DNA of 20,297 nucleotides, from the NCBI RefSeq assembly GCF_006345805.1, contig NW_021823983.1, positions 1 to 20,297 on the forward strand, given 5' to 3'. The position numbers and the translations under genes are program-made. This document shows positions 1 through 11,368 of the stretch, one piece after another. A model generated the notes under the pieces. The model saw nothing but the letters and a program-made list of their open reading frames with translations. It did no database searches and was not told the origin of the DNA. Source of the stretch: Octopus sinensis (taxonomy: Eukaryota). How positions within the stretch are numbered: the first letter of the stretch is position 1; the number at the start of each line of letters is the position of its first letter.

Positions 1-180
1 CCCTAACGGTCCTCGGACGCTACTTGCAAACTCTTGGTTTATTATAACCACTTTTGTCGTGTGCATCAAAAAACTTTTCCTTTCGTTTGTTCAGTTTGAT
101 CACTTTTGACTTTTTCGTTGTTCACTCACATTGCTGCCAGCTTTTTGGCCGTTTTTGTACATTTTTATACATTTTCGGAT

Positions 181-362
181 ACTTACCCCACGAGCTCCTT
201 TTTATTACACCTTTACCAAACACATTGCTATCCACCAAAATACTTACCCCACGTGTTCCTTTTTATTACACCTTTACCAAACACATTGCTATCCACCAAA
301 ATACTTACCCCACGTGTTCCTTTTTATTACACCTTTGCCAAACACATGCTATCCACCAAAAT
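181..362 (+). repeat. ~61-bp tandem repeat, 3 copies, immediately upstream of the RepHel start codon
   Basis: Unit acttaccccacg(a/t)g(c/t)tcctttttattacaccttt(a/g)ccaaacacattgctatccaccaaaat starts at 181, 242 and 303; the last unit overlaps the ATG at 361. Confidence 0.95.
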
Positions 363-3300
363 GCCACGAAGAAGAGAAGGACCCTCCTCAGCCCTCGGAC
401 GGCCAAGGCATCGGCTGCTAGGGCTAGAGGGCACGCGAGACCCACGAGGAAACCGCCTTGCGCCTCTCGCAAACAGCTTCCCGTTATGCCGCTGCTCAGG
501 CATCTGAAACTACTAGCGACCGTTCTACCCGACTTGCAAGGGTCGCAGCGTACAGATCTTCCCTCCGCTCGAGGTTGACGAAAGAGCAACAGTCCAGCCA
601 AAACATGCGGGCTTCTTACTGTGCTTCCATCCGCAGAGCTCGCGAGAACCCCGAACAAAGGGCCATTCGGAATGCGGCTAACGCCACTAGCACCGCCAGG
701 ACACGATCTGTCGAAACCTCACAGCAGAGGAGAACTCGCCAATGTGCTGACGCCGCAAACAAAGCCATGGCCAAAGCTGCCGAAACACCTCAACAGAGGA
801 GAGCTCGCCAAGCTGCTAACGCCGCAAACAGCCAGGGCTCGATCTGCCGAAACTCCACACCAACGGACTATTCGGACATCCAGACATGCCATTAGCACTG
901 CTTCTGCTAGGGCTTCAGAGGGTGCTGAGGCGAGAGCTGAAAGGCTTTCAAGGGATGCCACTGATACCGCTGTCGCACGTGCATCTGAATCTGCTGAGGC
1001 ACGGTGCACTCGACTTGAGAGTATCAACAAACGTCGGGATATCATTCGTGGTGTACGTACCCCTGCCCCCGCTTTCTGGTTGTCACTAGCATTCAACTAC
1101 GACGCCACAATTAACTTCTCCTTGCGTGACGACATCAAGATAGGGTCAATGACAATTGTATGCCAGTTTTGCAAAGCCAAGAAATGGCCCGGAGAGCCAC
1201 CTGGTTTGTGCTGCTCTGGTGGCAAAGTGGACCTGCCACCCCTACGGGAACCACCTCAACCACTGAAGGATCTCGCGGCGGGTTTAACCCTCGAATCGTC
1301 ACAATTCCTTGAAATAATTCGAAAGTACAACTGCTCATTCCAAATGACCTCTTTCGGGGCCAAAATTCCTCCCAGAGAAGGCTGGATGCCTACTTTCAAA
1401 GTGCAGGGACAGGTCTACCATCTTATTGGGTCACTTCTGCCAGACGAGATTCAGCAGTCTTCTTTCCTCCAATATACTTCATTGCCGACTACAACCACCA
1501 GGTTGATGCACGCCTTGGAATAATACCGGGTACAAGCTATGTTCCCCGCAAAGACATTCTTCTCCGTCTCCAAACCATGCTTCATGATATCAACAGCTAA
1601 GTCTGCAGCTTCAGATATGCCTTGGACAGTGCTCCATCTCCAAACTTCACCGTTGTCATTGATGCTGATAAACGACCCCACGGGGAGCACGAACGCCGTT
1701 TCAACGCACCTGCGTGCAACGAAATTGCCGCAGTCATACACGGAGAGCAACACAACAGCCGTGACATAATCATCTCCTCCCGTGGTAACAACCTACACAG
1801 GATCAGCGAGACTCACAGATCTTATGACGCGCTTCAGTATCCATTGCTTTTCCCTTATGGGGAAGACGGCTACCACTTCGGAATTCCTTTACGGCAGCCC
1901 TTCAATCAAACACTGCGGCATCAAAGACGGTTTCCTGCAGGGCGTTCTACTCATACCGGTTCATGGTCAGGGAGGGTGAGTTCAACTTATTGCCCCGTTG
2001 TCGTCAGCTATTCAACCAGTTCGCCGTCGACATGGCCGCAAAAATGGAATCGGAAAGGCTGCTATACATTAAACTTAATCAGACCAAACTTCGCTCCGAC
2101 TCCTACATTCATCTCCGTGACGGTTTGCAACAAGAAAATGACCCTCGCAACATCGGCAAGCCATGCATTCTACCCTCCACCTTCACGGGAGGACCGCGAT
2201 ATATGCGTGAAAGGACCCAAGACGCCTTGACCTACGTGCGCATTTACGGCCGGCCGGACCTCTTTATCACCTACACGTGCAATCCCAGCTGCGACGAAAT
2301 CACTCGCGAACTCCTCCCGGTCAATCTCACACCCATCGACACGACATCGTTGCTTGGGTTTTCCGTCTGAATTTGGGCAAAATGAAGGATTTGATAGTTA
2401 AGGGTCAGATTTTCGGGCATGTCAGGTGCCACATGTTTTCGGTCGAGTGGCAAAAGAGGGGCTTGCCACATGCTCACATCTTAATTTGGCTCACTCATAA
2501 AATCGAGACTAATGACATTGACAAATTCATTTCCGCCGCCGAGATTCCTGACCCCGATGAGGACCCCGGACTCTACGAATTGTCCGCACTACCATAGTAC
2601 ACGGGCCCTGTGGACCAAATTACGCCAACAACCCATGCTACAAAAACGGATTAGCCTGCTCAAAGGGATTCCCTAAACGGTTCACTTTGGAGACTCAAAC
2701 AGGCGGCGATGGGTATCCGCTGTACAAACGAAGGAGTCCAGCCAATGGAGGCCGCACGATTACGGTTGGGCGACATCAAGTGGACACAGCTACATTGTCC
2801 CCTACTGTCCTCTCCTGTCGAAGATATTCAAAGCCCACGTCAACGTTGAGTTCTGCAGCTCCATCAGGTCAATACAATATGTCTGCAAATATATCAACAA
2901 AGGCAGCGATGCTGCCATGTTCAGCATCCAGAGGACCACCAGTCGCGACGAAGTGTCCAACTACTTGGCTGGCCGGTACCTCAGCAGCAACGAAGCGTTT
3001 TGGCGCATTTACGGCTTCCCGCTCCATCAGAGACACCCGGCTGTGGTGCAGCTTGCTGTACACTTGGAAATGGACAGCGGATTTACTTCACAGAGCAAAG
3101 TGCTGTGCAGATAGCCACCAGCCCTAAAGACCACACGTTGACTGGTTTCTTCAAATTATGCCAACGTGATGACTTCGCTCGAACGCTTTTGTACCCACAG
3201 GTCCCATCGTACTTCGTGTGGTCTAAAAACACCTGGGTTCGACGGAAATCCGGCAAAAACGTCGAAAGCTTCCCAGGCGTCAAGTTTGACTCCTGCCTGG

Positions 3301-5217
3301 GTCGAGTTTACAACATCCCGCCAAACCACAAGAATGCTTCTACCTCCGTCTCCTTCTACATGAGGTCACTGGTCCAACAGGTTTCGCCAATATACGTACC
3401 GTCAATGGGGTTCTGTGCGACACCTTCAGGAAGCATGTATGAGACTTGGCCTCTAGAGGATGACTCCCAGTGGGACGCCACGATGGCAGAGGGTGCTTTA
3501 CTGCAAACGCATTCGGCCCTACGACATCTTTTCGCAATCCTTCTTCAAAATGTCAGCTTAGTGATCCACTAGTCTCTGGATGAAATACAGGGATGACATG
3601 TCGCACGACTTCTTACGTACGGCTCAGCAACACTGCCCTTCCGCCGAGATCACGTTCACCAACTTCATTTACAATTTTGCGCTCATTCAACTCGAAGACG
3701 CTGTCACATCGATATGGGTGGGTCTGCTTTAACAGAGTACGGCCTTCCCACCACCCACACGTGAACACGCCAATGTTATGTCTGCTGAATTGTTACGCGA
3801 AACTTCTACTGCATTGAGGAACTGCACCAGTACGTCCAAGATAATGAACCACGGCTGCTTCCAGACCAGCGCATAGCCTACAACATCATCGTAGACTCTG
3901 TCAGACAGCAACGTGGGGGGATTTTCTTCCTTGATGCACCCGGCGGCACTGGCAAAACCTTCGTCACTAAACTAATTCTGGCAGAGGTCAGACACAACAC
4001 GGACATTGCCCTGGCTGTAGCTTCCTCTGGTATCGCGGCCACGTTGCTTCCGGGTGGCAGAACCGCCCACTCTGCCTTCAGACTCCCGCTCGATCTGGCA
4101 AAGTCCGAGTCACCTATCTGCAACATCGCCAAGAACTCAGAACAGGCCGACATTCTGCGCAGATGCAAACTCATCGTATGGGACGAGTGCACTATGGCAC
4201 ACAAAGGCGCCCTTGAGGCACTGGACAGGTCCCTGCAAGACATCAGAGACTCTACGGCGCCCATGGGAGGATTAACTTTACTTCTTTCAGGAGACTTCAG
4301 GCAGACTCTACCTGTTATTCCAAAGGAACCCGTGCCGATGCCGTGCGCGCGTGCCTTAAGTCGTCAGCTCTTTGGGCACATGTGCGGCCCTTGCACCTCC
4401 AAACTAACATGTGCGCGCAGTTAATTGGTGACAGCGGATCCGCTGCATTCTCCAGGGACCTCTTATCGCTCGGTGAAAATAGGATGCTGTCTGATGCGGA
4501 TGGCTACGTTCAATTGGACTCACTTTGCACCATTGTCGACACCCCTGCTAGCCTCCGGGACGCTGTCTTCCACGACCTACAAAACAATTTACGCGACCTA
4601 AAATGGCTGGCAGGCAGAGCTATTCTCGCACCCAAAAATACAACCGTCAACTCCATCAATATCCAGCTACTTGAAGCTATTCCTGGTGATGTCCACGTCT
4701 ACAAATCTATAGATAGGACAGCAGACCCCGCCCAGCTTGCCGATTATCCTGTTGAATTCTGAATTCACTTGAACCGCCAGGCCTGCCACCACATCCTGAA
4801 GTTAAAAGTCGGTGCGCCCATTATGCTCATCAGGAATTGGTTCCACCTAAACAGTGCAACGGCACACGTTTTGTGTGAAACATTTGGCACCACATTTAAT
4901 AACGGCCACAATACTTACCGGTTGTGGGGAAGGGAGAGGACGTCTTCATTCCACGGATGCACCTTCAACCGTCGGCGCTGACCTACCAATCCACTTCAGG
5001 CGTTCTCAGTTTCCTGTTAAACTCTGCTTCGCAATGTCCATCAATAAATCCCAAGGCCAAACGCTACAAGTCGCTGGGTTACATTTGGGCGAACAGTGCT
5101 TCGCCCACGGTCAACTCTACGTGGGCTGTTCACCGCGTTGGGAGGCGCAATGATGTTTTTCATGTTTTCGCCCAAACGGACAGCTAGGAACATCGTATAT
5201 ACAGAAGTATCCAGTGA
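361..5217 (+). pseudogene. Helitron Rep/Helicase (RepHel) transposase, frameshifted as read (possibly intact in vivo)
   Basis: Motifs in order across frames: Cys cluster CQFCKAKKWPGEPPGLCCSGGKV; FKVQGQVYHLIGSL; YDALQYPLLFPYGEDGY; LPSTFTGGPRYM; Rep motif I PDLFITYTCNP; HUH motif VEWQKRGLPHAHILIWL (HAH at 2469-2477); YVCKYINKG; Walker A FFLDAPGGTGKTF (~3924-3962); ASSGIAATLLPGGRTAHSAF; LIVWDECTM; LLSGDFRQTLPV; RAILAPKN; LKVGAPIMLIRN; QFPVKLCFAMSINKSQGQTL; FAHGQLYVGCS; C-terminal RNIVYTEV. Start and stop positions are approximate. Confidence 0.93.
437..1055 (+). other. N-terminal array of ~9 x 23-aa Ala/Arg-rich repeats (STPR-like) in RepHel
   Basis: Units: ETHEETALRLSQTASRYAAAQAS / ETTSDRSTRLARVAAYRSSLRSR / LTKEQQSSQNMRASYCASIRRAR / ENPEQRAIRNAANATSTARTRSV / ETSQQRRTRQxADAANKAMAKAA / ETPQQRRARQAANAANTARARSA / ETPHQRTIRTSRHAISTASARAS / EGAEARAERLSRDATDTAVARAS / ESAEARCTRLESINKRRDIIRGV. 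Each is 23 aa after repairing a 2-nt loss near 830 using copy B. Confidence 0.8.
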
Positions 5218-5338
5218 AGACAAGACATTGCAACGTCCACATGCACCTTCGTTCCCTGGAGGGAAAGGACTACATTGGGATTAGTCGTTGCCTACTAGGG
5301 GCTCTTACATACCCGGGCAACGCCGGGCTATGCTGCTG

Positions 5339-5387
<49 letters not shown>

Positions 5388-5421
5388 TATATATATATAC
5401 ATATATTATATATATATATAC

Positions 5422-5456
<35 letters not shown>
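5339..5456. repeat. Imperfect (TA)n microsatellite between the two Helitron 3' ends
   Basis: 118 bp of TA dinucleotides with a few CA interruptions. Confidence 0.98.
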
Positions 5457-5575
5457 CTAGCAGCATAGCCCGGCGTTGCCCGGGTATGTAAGAGCCCCTA
5501 GTAGCAACGACTATCCCAATGTAGTCCTTTCCCTCCAGGGAACGAAGTGCATGTGGACGTTGCAATGTCTTGTCT

Positions 5576-8500
5576 TCACTAGCTGTCCGTTTGGCGCAAA
5601 CATGAAACATCATTGCGCCTCCCAACGCGTGAACAGCCCACGTAGAGTTGACCGTGGGCGAAGCACTGTTCGCCCAAATGTAACCCAGCGACTTGTAGCG
5701 TTTGGCCTTGGGATTTATTGATGGACATTGCGAAGCAGAGTTTAACAGGAAAACTGAGAACGCCTGAAGTGGATTGTTAGGTCGCGCCCGACGGTTGAAG
5801 GTGCATCCGTGGAATGAAGACGTCCTCTCCCTTCCCACAACCGGTAAGTATTGTTGCCGTTATTAAATGTGGTGCCAAATGTTTTACAACCAAACTGTTG
5901 CCGCTGCACTGTTTAGGTGGAACCAAATTCCTGATGAGCATAATGGGCGCACCGACTTTTTAACTTCAGGATGTGTGTGGCAGGCCTGGCGGTTCAAGTG
6001 AATTCAGGAATTCAACGGATAATCGGCAAGCTGGGCGGGGTCTGCTGTCCTATCTATAGATTTGTAGACGTGGACATCACCAGGAATAGCTTCAAGTAGC
6101 TGGATATTGATGGAGTTGACGGTTGTATTTTGGGTGCAGAATAGCTCTGCCTGCCCCATATTAGGTCGCGTAAATTGTTTTGTAGGTCGTGGAAGACAGC
6201 GTCCAGGAGGCTAGCAGGGGTGTCGACAATGGTGCAAAGTTAGTCCAATTGAACGTAGCCATCCGCATCAGACCATCCTATTTTTCACCGAGCGATAAGA
6301 GGTCCCTGGAGAATGCAGAGGAAGCTACAGCCAGGGCAATGTCCGTGTTCGTATGACCTCTGCCGAATTAGTTTTAGTGACGAAGGTTTTGCCAGTGGCC
6401 GCGGGTGCTCAAGGAAGAAAATCCCCCCCGTTGCTGTCTGACAGAGCTACGATGGTGTTGTAGGCTAATGCGCTGGTCTGGAAGCAGCCGTGGTTCATTA
6501 TCTTGGACGTACTGGTGCAGTTCCTCAATGCAGTAGGAAGTTTCGCGTAACAATTCAGCAGACATAACATTGGCGTGTTCACGTGTGGGTGGTGGAAGGC
6601 CGTACTCTGTTAAAGCAGACCCACCCATATCGATGACACGCGTCTTCGAGTTGAATGAGCGCAAAATTGTAAATGAAGTTGGTGAACGTGATCTCGGCGG
6701 AAGGGCAGTGTTGCTGAGCCGTAGGTAAGAAGTCGTGCGACATGTCATCCCTGTATTTCATCCAGAGACTTAGTGGATCACTAAGCTGACATTTTTGAAG
6801 AAGGATTGCGAAAAGATGTCGTAGGGCCGAATGCGTTTGCAGTAAAGCACCCTCTGCCATCGTGGCGTCCCACTGGGAGTCATCCTCTAGAAGGCCAAGT
6901 CTCATACATGCTTCCCTGAGGGTGTCGCACAGAACCCCATTGACGGTACGTATATTGGCGAAACCTGTTGGACCAGTGACCTCATGTAGAAGGAGACGGA
7001 GGTAGAAGCATTCTTGCTGGTTTGGCGGGATGTTGTAAACTCGACCCAGGCAGGAGTCAACTTGACGCCTGGGAAGCTTTCGACGTTTTTGCCGGATTTC
7101 CGTCGACCCAGGTTTTTTAGACCACACGAAGTACGATGGGACCTGTGGGTACAAAAGCGTTCGAGCGAAGTCATCACGTTGGCATAATTTGAAGAAACCA
7201 GTCAACGTTGTGTCTTTAGGGCTGGTGGCTATTTGCTCTGTGAGTAAATCCGCTGTCCATTTTCCAAGTGTACAGCAAGCTGCAACCACAGCCGGGTGTC
7301 TCTGATGGAGCGGGAAGCCGTAATGCGCCAAAACGCTTCGTTGCTGCTGAGGTACCGGCCAGCCAAGTAGTTGGACACTTCGTCGCGACTGGTGGTCCTC
7401 TGGATGCTGAACATGGCAGCATCGCTGCCTTTGTTGATATATTTGCAGACATATTGTATTGACCTGATGGAGCTGCAGAACTCAACGTTGACGTGGGCTT
7501 TGAATATCTTCGACAGGAGAGGACAGTAGGGGACAATGTAGCTGTTGTCCACTTGATGTCGCCCAACCGTAATCGTGCGGCCTCCATTGGCTGGACTCCT
7601 TCGTTTGTACAGCGGATACCCATCGCCGCCTGTTTGAGTCTCCAAAGTGAACCGTTTAGGGAATCCCTTTGAGCAGGCTAATCCGTTTTTTGTAGCATGG
7701 TGTGTTGGCGTAATTTGGTCCACAGGGCCCGTGTACCATGGTAGTGGCGGACAATTTCGTAGAGTCCGGGGTCCTCATCGGGGTCAGGAATCTCGGCGGA
7801 AATGAATTTGTCAATGTCATTAGTCTTGATTTTATGAGTGAGCCAAATTAAGATGTTAGCATGTGGCAAGCCCCTCTTTTGCCACTCGACCGAAAACATG
7901 TGGCACCTGACATGCCCGAAAATCTGACCCTTAACTATCAAATCCTTCATTTTGCCCAAATTCAGACGGAAAACCCAAGCAACGATGTCGTGTCGATGGG
8001 TGTGAGATTGACCCGGGAGGAGTTCGCGAGTGATTTCGTCGCAGCTGGGATTGCACGTGTAGTGATAAAGAGTCCGGCCGGCCGTAAATGCACACGTAGG
8101 TCAAGGCGTCTTGGGTCCTTTCACGCATATATCGCGGTCCTCCCGTGAAGGTGGAGGGTAGAATGCATGGCTTGCCGATGTTGTGGGGTCATTTTCTTGT
8201 TGCAAACCGTCACGGAGATAATGTAGGAGTCGGAGCGAAGTTTGGTCTGATTAAGTTTAATGTATAGCAGCCTTTCCGATTCCATTTTTGCGGCCATGTC
8301 GACGGCGAACTGGTTGAATAGCTGACGACAACGGGGCAATAAGTTTTAACTCACCCTCCCTGACCATGAACCGGTATGAGTAGAACGCCCTGCAGGAAAC
8401 CGTCTTTGATGCCGCAGTAGTTTGATTGGAGGGCTGCCGTAAAGGAATTCCGAAGTGGTAGCCGTCTTCCCATAAGGGAAAAGCAATGGATACTGAAGCG

Positions 8501-9975
8501 CGTCATAAGATCTGTGAGTCTCGCTGATCCTGTGTAGGTTGTTACCACGGGAGGAGATGATTATGTCACGGCTGTTGTGTTGCTCTCCGTGTATGACTGC
8601 GGCAATTTCGTTGCACGCAGGTGCGTTGAAACGGCGTTCGTGCTCCCCGTGGGGTCGTTTATCAGCATCAATGACAACGGTGAAGTTTGGAGATGGAGCA
8701 CTGTCCAAGGCATATCTGAAGCTGCAACGTAGCTGTTGATATCATGAAGCATGGTTTGGAGACGGAGAAGAATGTCTTTGCGGGGAACATAGCTTGTACC
8801 CGGTATTATTCCAAGGCGTGCATCAACCTGGTGGTTGTAGTCGGCAATGAAGTATATTTGGAGGAAAGAAGACTGCTGAATCTCGTCTGGCAGAAGTGAC
8901 CCAATAAGATGGTAGACCTGTCCCTGCACTTTGAAAGTAGGCATCCAGCCTTCTCTGGAGGAATTTTGGCCCCAAAAGAGGTCATTTGAATGAGCAGTTG
9001 TACTTTCGAATTATTTCAAGGAATTGTGACGAATCGGGGGTTAAACCCGCCGCGAGATCCTTCAGTGGTTGAGGTGGTTCCCGTAGGGGTGGCAGGTCCA
9101 CTTTGCCACCAGAGCAGCACAAACCAGGTGGCTCTCCGGCCATTTCTTGGCTTTGCAAAACTGGCATACAATTGTCATTGACCCTATCTTGATGTCGTCA
9201 CGCAAGGAGAAGTTAATTGTGGCGTCGTAGTTGAATGCTAGTGACAACCAGAAAGCGGGGGCAGGGGTACGTACACCACGAATGATATCCCGACGTTTGT
9301 TGATACTCTCAAGTCGAGTGCACCGTGCCTCAGCAGATTCAGATGCACGTGCGACAGCGGTAGCAGTGGCATCCCTTGAAAGCCTTTCATCTCTCGCCTC
9401 AGCACCCTCTGAAGCCCTAGCAGAAGCAGTGTTAATGGTATGTCTGGATGTCCGAATAGTCCGTTGGTGTGGAGTTTCGGCAGATCGAGCCCTGGCTGTG
9501 TTTGCGGCGTTAGCAGCTTGGCGAGCTCTCCTCTGTTGAGGTGTTTCGGCAGCTTTGGCCATGGCTTTGTTTGCGGCGTCAGCATCTTGGCGAGTTCTCC
9601 TCTGCTGTGAGGTTTCGACAGATCGTGTCCTGGCAGTGCTAGTGGCGTTAGCCGCATTCCGAATGGCCCTTTGTTCGGGGTTCTCGCGAGCTCTGCGGAT
9701 GGAAGCACAGTAAGAAGCCCGCATGTTTTGGCTGGACTGTTGCTCTTTCGTCAACCTCGAGCGGAGGGAAGATCTGTACGCTGCGACCCTTGCAAGTCGG
9801 GTAGAACGGTCGCTAGTATTTCAGATGCCTGAGCAGCGGCATAACGGGAAGCTGTTTTGCGAGAGGCGCAAGGCGGTTTCCTCGTGGGTCTCGCGTGCCC
9901 TTCTAGCCCTGGCAGCCGATGCCTTGGCCGTCCGAGGGCTGAGGAGGTCCCTTCTCTTCTCTTCTTCGGTGGCAT
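5576..9975 (-). pseudogene. RepHel pseudogene of copy B
   Basis: Same motifs as copy A, but HUH reads HAN (7855-7857). A 416-bp deletion (junction 6316-6318) removes the central helicase motifs; there are also 12-nt (~7233) and 27-nt (~5580) deletions and scattered indels. ATG at 9975-9973. Confidence 0.92.
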
Positions 9976-10092
9976 TTTGGTGGATAGCAATGTGTTTGGC
10001 AAAGGTGTAATAAAAAGGAACACTGGGGTAAGTATTTTGGTGGATAGCAATGTGTTTGGTAAAGGTGTAATAAAGGAGCTCGTGGGGTAAGT
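9974..10092 (-). repeat. ~60-bp tandem repeat, 2 copies (3 in copy A)
   Basis: attttggtggatagcaatgtgtttgg(c/t)aaaggtgtaataaa...ggggtaagt occurs twice. Confidence 0.9.
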
Positions 10093-11146
10093 ATCCGAAA
10101 ACGTATAAAAATGTACAAAAACGGCAAAAAAGCTGGCAGCAATGTGAGTGACAACAACGAAAAAGTCAAAAGTGATCAAACTGAACAAACGAAAGGAAAG
10201 TTTTTTGATGCACACGACAAAAGTGGTTTATAATAAACCAAGAGTTTGCAAGTAGCGTCCGAGGACCGTTAGGGTACGTCAAAAATTGAAGTAAAACGTT
10301 TGGGGTGGTAGTTATAAAGAAAGTTTAAACCAAAAAAGTATTCGAATAACTTGCGGCTGCAGCAGCTATTAGCAGAAGTGGCGGTAAAGTCTCGAATGTA
10401 ATTTCTTCCTGGTAGGAATTGGTTGGATCGAATTATCGATAGCTAAAAGGTCAAGTTGCGTCCCCTAGACAGTCTGGTTTTGTTTAATACACAAATTTGT
10501 TTGCTATGTGTGCCACATATGATTAAATTAACCGATTTTTTCCAATATGTATCCTATTGGAATAAAAAGAGCTATATAGCTCCTTGGAGCAGACATGATG
10601 CTCATTGTGAAAAAAAAAGATTCCTGCCAATTTGTGAAAATATTGTCGAAAATATGTCATCTTGAATTTGAACGCGATTTCCCAAAATGGCATGATTTTA
10701 TCGATTGTTTCTGATGGTAAGGTATTGCATGGAAAACTAACGTCAGAATTGAGTTTCTTAGGGTAACATTAAGCTTCACCATGAGTTTGGTGAAAATCGA
10801 TTGCAAGTTGTGAAAACTACCATAGATAATGCGTTGCATAAAAAAAGCTTAGATTCTCGAGTTGCGTCCCCTAGACAGTCTGTGGTTCATGTTTATGATT
10901 CTCGACCCCATGTCGAATTTATCATTTTTTTCAGAACTGGGGGAACTTTTCAAAATTTTTCGCTGCGTTAGTTTTGAATTATGACATTGGGCTATGTGTG
11001 TGTCAAGTTTCATCAGAATCGGTTGAAAGCCGTGTCAGGGTGAGGGTACGAGAAAACAGACACACAGAAGCACGCACAGACAAACTGCCGTTTATATATA
11101 GAGAGATATATAAAAGAACATATATATATATATGTTTTTATTTACA

Positions 11147-11368
11147 TTGTTTCAGTCATTTGACTGTGGCTATGCTGGAGCACCGCCTTTAGTCGAGCAA
11201 ATCGATCCCAATACTTATTCTTATTAAGCCTAAAGGTTCGTGCCAAGCGGCTAATTGACGGGGATGTAAACACCCCCAGCGTCGGTTGTCAAGCGATGTT
11301 CGGGGGGAGGGACAAACAGACACACACATATATATATATATATTTATATACGACGGGCTTATTTCAGT
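11147..11368 (-). mobile_element. SINE-like interspersed repeat, 3' portion (resembles octopus tRNA-derived SINEs)
   Basis: Its reverse complement (gcttgacaaccgacgctggggtgtttacatccc...ccagcatagccacagtcaaatgactgaaaca) aligns by eye with 17193-17410 in this window. Family assignment rests on a recalled consensus, not a search. Confidence 0.7.

Larger units (their letters stand above)
1..5338 (+). mobile_element. Autonomous-type Helitron, copy A (5' end lies upstream of the window)
   Basis: Encodes HUH Rep plus PIF1-like helicase motifs. Ends in hairpin CCCGG-gcaacg-CCGGG (5312-5327) followed by ctatgctgCTG then (TA)n; CTAG lacks one A relative to copy B. Position 1 mirrors position 10274 of copy B. 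Confidence 0.95.
5457..11106 (-). mobile_element. Helitron copy B with both termini; internally deleted and defective
   Basis: The minus strand begins a|TCTCTCTATATATAAACGGCAGTTTGTCTGTG at 11106 and ends with the hairpin (5469-5484) plus ctatgctgCTAG|t at 5457. This gives 5'-TC, 3'-CTAG, insertion between A and T and no target duplication. It is the reverse complement of copy A over 5457-10274. Confidence 0.93.

Noticed and set aside
54-658. ORFs overlapping the 61-bp repeat and ORFs antisense to RepHel
   Set aside because: They are translations of tandem repeats or shadow frames of the transposase gene, with no independent motifs.
3900-5217. Host PIF1 helicase gene
   Set aside because: It is fused downstream of a HUH Rep domain, intronless and bounded by a Helitron 3' terminus.
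1-10274. Palindrome as a pure sequencing fold-back (chimeric read) artefact
   Set aside because: The arms differ by a 416-bp deletion, 27- and 12-nt deletions, repeat copy number and multiple substitutions, more than re-reading one molecule would give. An assembly mis-join is not excluded.
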